Assembly (NCBI GenBank): GCA_012295275.1
Contig: CM022672.1
Coordinates: 29,512,001 to 29,576,000, forward strand
Reading direction: 5' to 3'
Length of the DNA: 64,000 nucleotides
Source of the DNA: Chrysomallon squamiferum
Lineage: Eukaryota; Animalia; Mollusca
The notes under the pieces are model-generated. The model was not told the DNA's origin and did not search any database. It saw only the letters and a program-made list of their open reading frames with translations. Positions 1 to 11,880 of this stretch are shown one piece after another; within the stretch, counting starts at the first letter, position 1, and the number at the start of each line of letters is the position of its first letter. The position numbers were made by a program, and so were the translations under genes.

Positions 1-9
1 TATTGGTAT

Positions 10-11
<2 letters not shown>

Positions 12-67
<56 letters not shown>
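12..67. repeat. (CT)n microsatellite
   Basis: Uninterrupted TC/CT dinucleotide run. Confidence 0.97.
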
Positions 68-70
<3 letters not shown>

Positions 71-422
71 CAGCTCGCATAAAATAAAAAAAGAAGAAAG
101 AAAAAGATAAATTCTGCAAGATTATTTTATGTTATAGCAATGTTATGTTATAATTATATTATTTTATATTATTTATTTGCTTATTATGCTTTAACATAAA
201 ACCTGAAGTCATGACTTAGCAAAAATTATTGATTATTGTACGTAAGATTAGCAAACTGTATTTGTTCACTTTCTAAATATGTGTGTTTGTGTTTGTATAT
301 TTGTCTATCTATATAACTACAATAAAAAAAAAAATCGAATAGGATTTTAAGCTAAGCTTAATGTAATATTAATATTCTGACACACTTCCAGTAAAATTAT
401 GTTCTCTATGTTTGATTTACAG

Positions 423-529
423 TTTTTGAAACAATAGAAAACTACGCACCCGGTTTTATAGACAGCGTTGTTGGAGTTGACATTCTTTCACCGCCAGATC
501 TGGAACATGAATTTGGACTCACTGGAGGG
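423..529 (+). CDS. PYROXD2: PYROXD2 (pyridine nucleotide-disulfide oxidoreductase domain 2), third-from-last coding exon
   Basis: tttgatttacAG acceptor (421-422) and GTaagc donor (530). Reads (V)[35 protein letters not shown], matching the PYROXD2 C-terminal block as recalled ([32 protein letters not shown]). Absent from the ORF track because it is a short exon. Confidence 0.93.
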
Positions 530-604
530 GTAAGCTGTGGACATGACACGCCTTAATAAAAAATACCTCATAGTGCATACGAAGTGGCATTATAACCTTT
601 CTCT

Positions 605-606
<2 letters not shown>

Positions 607-644
<38 letters not shown>

Positions 645-780
645 GAACAACAACCACAATGACAATGATAATAACAATAACAGCAACAACAAACAAGAAC
701 AAGAATAATAATAATAATGATAAAGATGATGAGTAACAATAACAACAACAACAACAACAACAAAAATAATAACCACTACC
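607..780. repeat. (AAT)n/(AAC)n low-complexity tract in PYROXD2 intron
   Basis: Mixed AAT/AAC/GAT triplets; explains spurious ORF 519..782. Confidence 0.9.
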
Positions 781-837
781 ATTAAGTTAATACTAAGATG
801 GTTTGTGCTTAATCAAATCCTCATTCATTCATTCATT

Positions 838-1019
838 CACTGATTTATTCATTCTTTCATTCTTGTCTCAGAATATATTCCACTGGACCATGTCACTGGA
901 TCAGTTGTTCATTCTTTTTTATTCATTCATCCATCCATCCATCCATTTACTGATTTATTCATTCTTTCATTCTTGTCTCAGAATATATTCCACGGGGCGA
1001 TGTCACTGGATCAGCTGTA
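838..1019 (+). repeat. 110-bp-period duplication of the intron end plus exon start (duplicated splice acceptor)
   Basis: tgatttattcattctttcattcttgtctcagAATATATTCCAC...ATGTCACTGGATCAG occurs at 841-904 and 951-1014. Confidence 0.93.
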
Positions 1020-1102
1020 CCTGTCACGACCACACACGTCTCTGTGTAGCTACAGAACTCCAGTCAGAGGTCTCTACCTGTGTGGCAGCTCTACACATCC
1101 AG
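982..1102 (+). CDS. PYROXD2: PYROXD2 penultimate coding exon
   Basis: ttgtctcAG acceptor (980-981), GTaatt donor (1103). Reads [40 protein letters not shown](G). Phase-0 start fits the previous exon and phase-1 end fits the next. Confidence 0.95.
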
Positions 1103-1258
1103 GTAATTATATGTCCAGTCTAGGCATACCTGAATATTAGTTTGGCAAAAGATAAAAAAGACAACAACATATAATTATATCTGTGTATATTAATGAAGAC
1201 TGGGTATTTATGATGTGAATATAAAATGGTCAAATATAATTTAGTTTAAGTATGCTAA

Positions 1259-1261
<3 letters not shown>

Positions 1262-1309
<48 letters not shown>
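1262..1309. repeat. (AC)n microsatellite
   Basis: Pure AC run. Confidence 0.95.
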
Positions 1310-1311
<2 letters not shown>

Positions 1312-1974
1312 TATATATGCACATATATGTATATTTGAATGTCTGGACAAACATGAACATACATTCTTGCACCACATACACACAGATATCAGATATACAT
1401 ATGCATACACAGACACACACACATATTGGGGATAGTAATAATAAATAAAATAAATAAATAAATAAATAAATAAAATTACCTAAAGAACACTGAATTCACA
1501 GCATTTCAATGTAAAAGATTCCAGTTTTGTCTTGCAAGCTGAAGATTTGCTTCCATTACTTACAACTGGATTTTGATTCATGTTTGTCAGTTTTTTGTAT
1601 TGATTTCTCTCATATGTGCTGGTAACAAGTGCTTGTACATTTAACATCATATTTCTAGGGGTGGGGGGATGGGTAGAGAGAGGACTAGAAAGAGTGAATG
1701 TTATATATATTTGAGCATTTATTGGTATTTAATGTGTATCTGCGGATGTTTACATGTGTGTATAAATGTGTTAATGAGCATGTGTGTGTGTGTGAAACCT
1801 GTGCATGTTTGTATATTTATATGTACAGTTTAAACAAGTGATAAAATACATGGTGGAAAACAAAACAATAAAAACAAAAAAGTATCCAAACTGGATTTGT
1901 CAGTGTACTAAGTCATACCAAAAGAATTCGTCTTCAATTTAGAGGCTGAAAATAATTTTCCAACTGTTTTACAG

Positions 1975-2048
1975 GTGGAGGTGTGATGGGCTCACCTGGA
2001 AGACTGGCTGCCCTGACTCTTCTCTCAGATTACAAATCACTTAAATAG
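1975..2048 (+). CDS. PYROXD2: PYROXD2 last coding exon with stop
   Basis: ttttacAG acceptor (1973-1974). Reads (G)GGVMGSPGRLAALTLLSDYKSLK*, TAG at 2046-2048, completing the HPGGGVMG motif. Confidence 0.95.
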
Positions 2049-3408
2049 AACTGTCTGTACTGAAACCTTGATTTTTATCAGTATCTATATAATAATAATA
2101 ATAATAGTTATTATTGTTATTATATTATTATTATTATTATTATTATTGTTATTATTATTATTTCATTGCTATTATTGTAGTTATTATTAATATCATTATT
2201 AGTAGTACTACTGATTGGTAAGTACAAGTAAAAGGAGTAGTAATAGCAGCAGTTACAGTGACAGTATTACTATTATCATTATTATTATTAATTTCTTTAT
2301 TATCAATTTATATTGTGGACAAACTCTAATACAAAGGAGCAGGATGTTGCTCAGTAGTATGAACACTGAATGTTACTGAATTATCTGTTCTCCATGATGC
2401 ACTTATCTATTTCTTTATTGGGAGTATGTTTGTATCTGTCCACGTGTATGTAGGTGGGCGTGCGTGCATGAATATCAGCGCACAGGCTACTAGAATATGA
2501 AGATCACCCAACAGTTAAAAACCGAATGTATTCACACACACACACACACACACAAGCACACACACATTTTTTATTATTATTATTACTATCATCATCAGAT
2601 ATCACAGCAGCATAAAAATAAAAAAAAATAAAAATAAAAATAAGATAAAATAAAAATAAATAACTGATAAAAATAATAAATTAAGATTAAAGTGTATAAA
2701 ACAGATTCTGATGTTAAGTACCCAAAACCGGATCCGGAAGCTTTTAAGTAATAATGTTATAAAATATTCAGTGAACATAAAACAATTAAGATATTTTGTA
2801 TAAAAAATATATGTGAGTAAACATTTTGTGATCATATATAAGTCTGATCAGGAAATTGCAATAGCACAGGAAAATGACTTACAACCAGCGGCTGATGACA
2901 CCAGTCGGCTACAAGTAATGCAGTCGTCTGCTACTGCTGTAGATAATACTTATTTAACTACAGTAGATAGCAGTAAGTTGCTTAAAAATATCCTTCCAAA
3001 ATATTTCACAACTCTCATTATATGTAATGAAAGAAAGACAAAAAGAAAAAAGAAAGAAAGATGCAAATCGTCCACGAGAAAAGCAGAATTATTTATGAAA
3101 CGCGAAAGGGGAGAAAAGATATGGAAAAAAAAAAAAAAAAGAAAAAAAGAAAAACATTAAGAAGATGACAAAGAAGACGAAAAACAACTTACAATCCAGA
3201 ATAGTAATATTTGATGACTGAATAATTAGTTAAAATTGGATAAATAGCAATGCATCTGTATATCACACTCCTACACATCTCGTCCCGTGTTTAAGTGACG
3301 TCATTGTATTATTATTTATACTGCTGACGTAATCTGAAATATTTTTGAAATGTTTATTTTATTTATTTATATATTGTTTTTGTTATTATTATTATTGTTA
3401 GTAGTAGT

Positions 3409-3676
3409 TATGGTCGGATTTCCTTTTAGGCTTTCTAGGGCGGCAGGATGATAGGGGCGGTAGTTTATGTTACATAAATTCGTATTTTCACATTTGATTT
3501 ATAAATAAATCATTATGTAATTGTTAAACCATGTTTTTGTTTTGAACTAGATCATGAGTTATAACCATTCATATTATATAAACTAAGTGGGAAGGGTTAG
3601 GGGGACTTGAGCCTTGAGAAGGGGGCGGTTAAATTTCTTTAGCCTATCGGAGGCAAGCACATTAAATCCAACCCTG
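3409..3676. mobile_element. Degenerate non-autonomous hAT-type MITE
   Basis: Imperfect TIRs tatggtcggattt / aaatccaaccctg (rc cagggttggattt); near-identical 8-bp flanks gtagtagt (3401-3408) and gtagtaat (3677-3684); GC-rich subterminal ggggcgg motifs. Confidence 0.6.
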
Positions 3677-3902
3677 GTAGTAATACCAACTATTTATAAT
3701 TAATTTTGAAATAATTTTTAAAATTATCATTTGCAAGTTTTTAAAATAAATATTAAACGTTAACACACGCACACACACACACACACACACAGACAAACGG
3801 GCACGCGACCTCAAGCCATGCAATCAACTCGATTAAAAATAACCATGCACGTATTTTCCGTGTCGCCATGACCCTTACCACGAAATTCACATGATCTAAG
3901 TA

Positions 3903-6900
3903 TAGTTCGAGAGAGCTAACCCTGCATTGTTGTATTGAGTTTTTTTTCGGAAACTGTCTCTATTTTCAGAAACTGCTTGATGACATGTTGTCATCCTAGA
4001 GCAATTAAAAAAGTGTCAAGATGGCCGCCATTACATATAAATCACCATAACTCCCTACCTGTTCATCATATTTTTGTCTCTATACCTAGGTTTTAGGGGT
4101 AAAGCCATCCAGTAGAACTAAGTATTATGTTAATATCGTATCACATAATGGTAATTTGCAAGATGGCTCCCAAGATGACCGCCGTAACACTAAAACTGGC
4201 ATATCTCCTTAACTACTTACTCCAAATTAGTCGTGAAGGTGTCTATCACTGGGTGTTTTGGAGACACATCAATCTGTATCAGATCAAAGTTCATATACTT
4301 ATGATGTCATCTAGAAATCCAAAATGGCTGCCAATTTACAAGCACTTGCATATCTTCTATACTATTCAATCTTGGGAAAAATATGAAAAGGTAAACGACC
4401 ACAGGTGTTATATTTGCTTGTAGGTTGCTAGATGAAGTGGCCAGTCACCTTCGCGCTCAGCCAGTACCAACATCATAGTGAGCAGGACAGGTTTTATCAA
4501 GACATCAACCCAAAGTTTGGTAGTTTGACTCTTACTGGCTTCGGTTTCGAGAATTTGCATGAGGTCACCACTGCAATGTAATGGTTTATCCTGAATGATT
4601 CCGCGAAGTGCCTCTTCTGCTACCATTCGTAATGTTCTGACGTTCTGGGGAAACTTTTTTCCAGTGAGCATTTTCGACACACCGCCAAACACAGAGGACA
4701 TTATATCTGACAGACCGGTTTCAGCCATCAGTGTTCCGATAGATCCAGTGAAGCTCAGTAGAGAGTGCATCCCTCCCAACCGAAGAATAACATTTGAGAA
4801 TCTTTCTGGATAAGTCCACTGAACTTCTAGAGCGGCCCTGTACAGCTGCAGATCACAAGTAAAAACTACGAACTATTGCCCGATATTACGTGTGTAGACC
4901 TGTGCAATGGCCATTGAAGTCATCATGTATCTGGATGTGACGGGATCATATCTGTTAAGGGAAGGTAAACAGCCTTCATCTTCGGTCGTGCTGAATGACC
5001 CTGTCGACGTGCAGCCCCAGTATTGTACCCATTGTACTCAGGGCAGTCTAGTGTGCTGTTCATGTCTTGAAGGAACGCGAAGTCCATCTCACTGGCTCTT
5101 CCCTTTGAAATTAGTTTGTGCCAGCATACGCAGTGGCTGAACTGATCGTTTGAGGGTGTTCTATGGCATCAGAGGCTTCTTGGGACTATTATATCTCTCT
5201 ATCGCGACGTCATACTCGAGTGGCTCAACCATGTCTTCCTTTTTCACACGCCTAATGGTGTCTTCTTGGACCGTTTCACTACTGTTACTATCTGGTTGTG
5301 TGAGCAGCTTGGTAAGGGAATGGGTGGATGACTTTCCGTTTGGAGACGATATATCAGTATCAAAATTGTCAACACTAACCTGAACCAAGCTTGAACTTGA
5401 AGTTGATAGGCCTGGTAGTGACAGTTCCATGGGTGTGGCTATGGCAGCGGAATGTTTAAAACGCCGTACTTCATCGTAGGTACATGTAGCTACTTTTGTA
5501 ACACTTTCATAAGCGTTTTTGATCTCATCTTGATGCCAAGAGTAATTTGCAAACTGCTGAAAAAGCATCCCAGTTACCATTGAACCAATGAGAAGTGCAG
5601 GTAGTGCCCTATCTAGGTTAGGAGACAGCTTCCCGAAACGTTTCATCAAAGTGTCACTCACAGTCTCTATACATTTTTTATCTAACGTTATTAGTTTGAC
5701 TTCATGCCTGACTATTTTGCACAGTTTGTTGATTGTTACATCAGTGTCATCGTCCTCGTCTTGAACCAATCGCATACATTTTGCAGCTATAGATCGCAAG
5801 CTAACAATGTCTGCTAACCCTGGACACTTTAAAACGACCGACACATCTCCGAAGCGTTCGCATAGGTTTGGGACAATTAAACGACGTTTCAGCTCCGAAT
5901 TCTTTGAATGCTTCGTGCAACTCAACTGAATTCAGGAAGCCGGACGAGTCTGTGATCATTACAACAAATGATTCAAAGGCACGATCAGTGTTAACTTGGC
6001 TATCAGACTTGGTTGCAGCTGAAGCAACATTTTTTTCTGACAAGAAGCTATTTCGGCAGTCCACATGATAACTTGCATCAGCTGCGTGAAGGTCACTTAC
6101 AGCGCTATCTACCCTTTGCTGCACAATGTCTGATAACTCATTTTGACGCCGTTCGCAGGCTTCACGAATAGTTTGCACTAGTGACTTCTTGCCACCTGCG
6201 CCACCTGTTTCCTAATATGAATATGCTGGTCGCCAACGTTTTGGGATTTTCGGATCTGTTTCAAGCACACAAGTTTCACCACAACACAAACAATGTTCTT
6301 TGAAGATGAATCCTGGTAGTGATGAACGTCTCCTGGTTGTTGGTGGAATGTAAGACGAATAACTTTCTGGATTCTTCCTTTTGTGCCTGTCAACCTGGAC
6401 GCTTGAAGTGTATGTTGAAGCACAGTTTCTGTGACATTTAACTATGCATTCACGATTTTCACTAACTTTTTCTTCAAGAAGTTTATGATACCTGTCCCTG
6501 TAGATTTTGCTATACTAGATAAAGTTTTGAATTCTGACAGGGCCAGTGTCTTTCAACTGTTCGGTCTTATTCTCACATCTAGATTTAGACACGAAAAAGC
6601 ACTGTTCTTCATTCATTTTTTACTATTAGTGATCGTCATACGGGCAACACCTGAAAAGACAATAGTGAATTATTAGTGCCGTCTATTACAATATAATATT
6701 AAGATAATCCTTAGATAATCCTTAGTTCTAATGGATAGCTTGAAAACCAAGGTATAGCGACAAAAATCACCTTCCTAGGGTGAATAGGTAGGGAGTTATG
6801 GTTATTTATATGTAATGGTGGCCATCTTGGACGACATCGTTAATTTCTCAAATTGCACAAGGGTGACAATATGTCATCAAGAAGTTTCTGAAAAGAGAGA

Positions 6901-6986
6901 CCTTTGGCTACCTAAATCAACAGTAAAAAAAACTTAATACAACAATGCAAGTTTAAGGGAAAAAATGGCAGTTGGCTCCCAGACTA
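3903..6986 (-). mobile_element. Academ DNA transposon, internally deleted
   Basis: TAG...CTA termini; 3-bp TSD GTA at 3900-3902 and 6987-6989; long imperfect TIRs of ~220-270 bp (aagatggccgccattacatataaatcaccataactccctacc at ~4018 is the rc of ~6787-6828); Academ-type transposase remnants inside. Confidence 0.88.
4408..6614 (-). pseudogene. Academ transposase, frameshifted and C-terminally truncated
   Basis: Fragments carry DLHAADASYHVDC, VDNFD, TCDLQLY, RLGGMHSLLSFTGSIGTLM...GL...FGGVSKMLTGKKFPQNVR and AEREGDWPLHL; multiple frameshifts; coding stops right after AEREGDW. Confidence 0.82.
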
Positions 6987-7510
6987 GTACCTTGATTCAC
7001 TGCTTAACTTGGATTCTTGTTAACAGTTCTATTTTGTAATTCGGCCCTTTACACAGTAAACACATAAAACAGGTAACAGAATGAAATGGTATAAGAGAAA
7101 GAAAGAAAAAAACTGAAATAAATAAATAAATATATGGCTACAATGGACCTTAATTATTCCCATATGTTAAAGTCTACGCTATTTGTTTGAAGAACAGTTG
7201 AGTTTTTACATTTTTTCTATTTTTTTTTTTTTTTTTTTTTTTTGTTATTATTATTATTTTTTTTTCTGTCGAAAGCTCTGTTAAATATTCGGCATTAATT
7301 TTACATAAATGAAACAACAACAACAACAACAAAACAATAACAATAAAAAAATAAAATAAAAAATAAAAAATAAAAATAATTTTAATTTGAAAGCTAAATT
7401 TATCATACAATTAACAGACTGCGTTACTTTTAATGTAGACTGGATAAACGTCTGCTACCAATCTGTAGCTATATGTCACCTATAAAATACTTCATTGAGT
7501 TAATTAAAGC

Positions 7511-7565
<55 letters not shown>

Positions 7566-7575
7566 GTTATTATTA
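7511..7575. repeat. (ATT)n microsatellite
   Basis: Pure ATT run. Confidence 0.95.
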
Positions 7576-9095
7576 ATGCATTTACTACTAATACTAGCAC
7601 TATTATTGCAAGAATTCCGAACGTTCCAGTATTTATATAGTTTATATTGACATTATTTAAATCACGATAGATATAATCTAAATTTTCTAAAACGTGCACT
7701 AACAATGATCTATAATTATTTGAAACCACCAAGAAAAGCACATTTATCGTAATATTCTCCCTACTTCTACTTGGGATATCCCCAACATCCGGGTAACGTA
7801 GGAAAGCTTGAACTGGGTTGTTATTTTTAGAAGTTACTGGTGTTTATGACATCACATCCAATCAGAGTAAACGTTTTGAAAAGATAAGCCAAATATGTTT
7901 TTGCCAAACCTTAGGACATGGTATGAAAAGTCCAGCTGGCTGATTGGTCAACGAGTATATGCGCAAGGCATTGTGGATATTATAAAAATTGCGTCCCTTG
8001 TTTTGGTTTTCGAAACACGTGGCTTATAACGAGTTTTTTTCATTTTCATTTGCTAATTTATTTATAACTGTTTACGTTAAACAAAATTACGAAACAAGCA
8101 AAATTTGCTAAAATAAAAAAAGTTAAATTTGCTTTGTGGAAACTTTGTGCAGTTTACTTTATAAAATTATTTAGATTTTATAGTGCTTATACAAGTTATA
8201 GTTATTCTTTATTGCAGTGAATCTGATTTATATAAATCAGTGCTAATTTTATTTACAAGAACTTGTTTAAAATTGTTATTTATTATATTGAACAGTTTGT
8301 GCTCCGATTATGATGACAGTTTGAGTTCATTATCAAACAGACAATCGTAATCAGATAATCATAATCATGATAATCATAATGGGACTGATAATTGTACATT
8401 TTCAGACTTCAGTTATTATCAATGACGGCGACAATGACTTCATTAGCTGTGCAAACAAGAAACGTAAATATGGCGCTCAACAATTTATTACATCTATTAC
8501 TCTGTAGAAATCAAGAATGCAGGAATAATTTCATATTTCAACAACGGTAAATATTTTTCATTATCCGTTTAAGTTTTTATTCTTCGCAGTTACTGGTGTA
8601 TATGTGTGTCGATCTCACAGTGGGTGAAGTTGCTCTAAGTTCAATTTACACGTTACTTTTATGTAGATGTTTATTTACATAATGGTCACATGGGTGCATT
8701 CGCAATAACTAGATACTGTTTAAAATGATACCATTAAAACACATCAATATATAAATTCTTTGATTTCGAAAAATAAAAATTAAAATAAAAATTAAAAAGA
8801 AAATTAAATTAAAATGCATACTATTATTAGTGTCTTTTACTTATTATCGTCAGTGTTACTGGCTTTTGATAGTAACCGACTTAGTGTTAGACTTGAAAAC
8901 AAGCTGAATAATGGTGTTAACAGTTAATGACAGGACAACGATAGTAGTGACATTAACGAAAGATGAAAATCTTTTTTACAAGTTTTTTGTTTACCTAAGT
9001 GATATCTTGCATACAGTGTTATATATATTTTTTTCTTTTGTACATTTTGGTATTTTCTTTTTATTTAAAAAACAACAAAATACCAACAACTTGAG

Positions 9096-9149
9096 TGTAT
9101 GTATGTATGTATGTATGTATGTATGTATGTATGTATGTATGTATGTATG
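9096..9149. repeat. (GTAT)n microsatellite
   Basis: Pure tetranucleotide run. Confidence 0.95.
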
Positions 9150-9449
9150 AAATGAAAAATGAAATATTTAAACTATAATCAAATAGAGTATATCAAAAGC
9201 CTGAAAAAAACCTTACCAAGCCATTACTTTTTTAGTGTTACCAAAACTTGAATTTCTCTGAAGCACTAATTGACAAAAAAATGAATATAAAGACAGCCCT
9301 TCTATTGAAGCCCAAAGTTCTTAACAACCATGTATTTTTAAGCACTATAACTTTTTATTTAAATTTTTAAAATTTCTTTAATTACTGAAAAAATCATGTT
9401 GAGTAAATTGCAGTTTATGAGTGCTTCTGGTTTATTTTCTTGGTTATTT

Positions 9450-10270
9450 AGCATCAGCGTGAATAGACCAGCTGCAGTTTTACAGAACCACAACAGTTTA
9501 GTCTTGTCCCATGACACAAGAAGTCTGGTGGAAGATTTGTTGATGACTTCTCACTGGGGATGACATTACAAGAGTGATTTCATTTGTTGTCAGCTTTTCA
9601 GAAGACCAAGCTGTTGTACTGCCAGTCCAGGTTCGAGGTTTTCATAAAAAGAACTATGCTATTATACACTTCATTAAGACTTTTTAATCTTTTCAAAGCT
9701 GCAATGGAGCTATCAGGTATGTTGTGTTATGCACATTTAAAATTTAAATTTAGAAAAACACATTTGGAAGTGGAAGGAAAATGAATAAGATCAGTGATCA
9801 GAAATAACAGAAATAAGTTATGAAAATTGAAGAAATTGATTTCTGTATTTAAAGCATAATGCAGAAAATAGTTATTTGATATTTATAATAAATCTATAAG
9901 AATGATAACCATTTTTTAAATTTAAAAAAAAAATAGTAGAATTTTTATAAACACTGTCAACAGTTATTAACAGCTCTGATATTTGAATTATTGATTAACA
10001 AATGGTAGGTATAATAATTACTAATGACTGTTATTTTTTAAAATGTTTTTCAGGTAATCAAGCCTTAGGAGATCACTTATTCCCTTCAGAACACCCACTG
10101 ACTGACCATAGTGGATTTGCATCAAGAAATGTCAACAAAAGTGTGAACATGACAGAGAAAAACTAGAACATGAAAAATTCCATGAACAACATATTAAGAA
10201 AGTTACTTTGGAATGCTCATTTTAGTCATTATATCAAGAGATGATCCATAATTGAAAGGATGCTATTCTG
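9450..10270 (+). pseudogene. Very decayed, intron-containing Sola2-like transposase (N-terminal part)
   Basis: KKSGGR...DDITRVISFVVSFSEDQAVVLPVQVRGF (~9520-9645) resembles the Sola2 block DI..VV.FI.N.AE..A..LPGRVPG. After AG at 10052-10053: PLTD..WIC..N and HEQHIKKVTLE.S resemble PMTDLCW.CQ.N and EHL..V..ER. Frameshifts must be invoked. Confidence 0.5.
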
Positions 10271-11249
10271 GGTTTGAGTTTGTTTGTACAATTTTTTTTT
10301 TTTTTTATATTTATCTATAATCAATTTATTTCTGTTGTCCCCTACAGTGCCTTTCAATGCACTTGGTCCAGAGTAGTTGGTGAGTACATTGTTAGTACAG
10401 TTAAAAAATCTGCAGAGTATATGATCAGGGACTGTACAAGTTCTGTAATGAAAAAACTGACAGTTTCAGCATCAACTCGACTTGCAGGATTAAGTAGTAT
10501 ATAAATACAAATTACATTAGCTTGCATTGGCCAAGTAATACTTAATGTTCTACAGTTATACTTTTTTAATTTTAAATTCCATGTCTCCCTAATTAAAACT
10601 GCTACACCCTATTTATGCCCTATGTATGAATTATCAAAAACATTACCTATAAAATCTTTATTTCTTTCATGTTATCAAAAAAGGGTTATCTTTGTATACA
10701 TGATTCCTATGGAATAGATGTAAAAACACAAAATAGAAAGTTATTAAGTTCTGTTAGTTTTGGAAATGTGTTCATTGTAGTCATTTCACAACTATCAAGA
10801 ATTGTTTTAGTTATATGGGTGCCATTTTTGGAACACATGTTGCAGAATGATGTGGAATGGCATAATGTTTAATTACTTTTAAGATAAACGGAATAATCTG
10901 TTTAATTTTGTAAGTATGTGATGACTTTGGTTACATTTCTTTCTTTTGACAAAAAATGACTAATTCTACTTTGGAAAAGTGATAGCAATACTAAATAACA
11001 ATTAAATCATAAATCTTGAATTTATAATTTATTTTTAATTTATTTTTTATTTTCAGAACACTATATATGCAGGCTACTATTCTTTTCCAAAGTGCTACTT
11101 ATCTATATGTCATACTGGAAGATAGAAGCATGCAACATGCCAATAATTTTCTATTCAATCATGCATAACATAGCAGGTATTATCAAAACATCATCTGTTG
11201 GATGTGATATTCTTTTAACATGGACAAGCTCCTTAATGGGACCACAGAA

Positions 11250-11880
11250 AGCCCTCACTTGTTCTGTTGCATCAGTTTGATCAAGCAGGTTCCCAACATC
11301 TTTTGTCTTGGCCTCCTTCTCAGTGTTTTGGTTCAGAAGTGGTTTGCAGTCTGCTCACTTCTTTCCACAATTTAATGCACTGTGATAACAGTATTCCCCA
11401 CTTTACAGTTTTAAAGCCTACTTGATCGTTCTTCAATTCCAGCATCTGTGGTTCACTCAACTTCATTGACGTCAAAGGTGGCCTTGCAAACTGGTAATTT
11501 GTTAGGGTGACTTTGCATCAAGGCTGTTCTTTATAGATACATTCCTGTTGTTCCTTGCAGCTTCATTTTAAACCTTTCAGCAAGTTAAACCTTTCAGGGT
11601 ATGTATTAAAATGTTCTGTCATCTTAATGCAAAACTACCTTCCCACCATCCTGGGTAGGACTGGACCTTCCAAGAAGCTTATACAGGCATGTTAATAATA
11701 AATCCACACATTTCTTACTAGGTAAACCTAGAGTTTCTCCAACATTTTCTTTTGTTATAGTTGTATGTTGACAACAAACAGTTGTGAAGTACTGGAAACT
11801 TCAGAATGAAATGGATGAGTTGTTGTTCTTTGATTTTCTCATGTAGCATGACAAAAAATAGAAACAATTCCTATCAGTAT
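11250..11880 (-). pseudogene. Probable 3' portion of the hAT transposase whose 5' part lies at 16646-18359
   Basis: Frameshifted patches HDK..ELF..FLSCYM..EKIK, MPV, KMTEHF, EPQM, KTVK fit what follows ...ILTFQL in this hAT lineage; heavily decayed, boundaries uncertain. Confidence 0.4.

Noticed and set aside
2335-2370. tRNA/SINE head-like ggagcaggatgttgctcagtag
   Set aside because: Only a degenerate A-box; no B-box or cloverleaf.
2602-3160. ORFs 2602..2835 and 2813..3160
   Set aside because: Low-complexity A/T-tract products without recognisable motifs.
7770-8100. Promoter-like stretch with CCAAT boxes, or Sola2 left TIR
   Set aside because: No downstream host gene and no matching inverted end found in the window.
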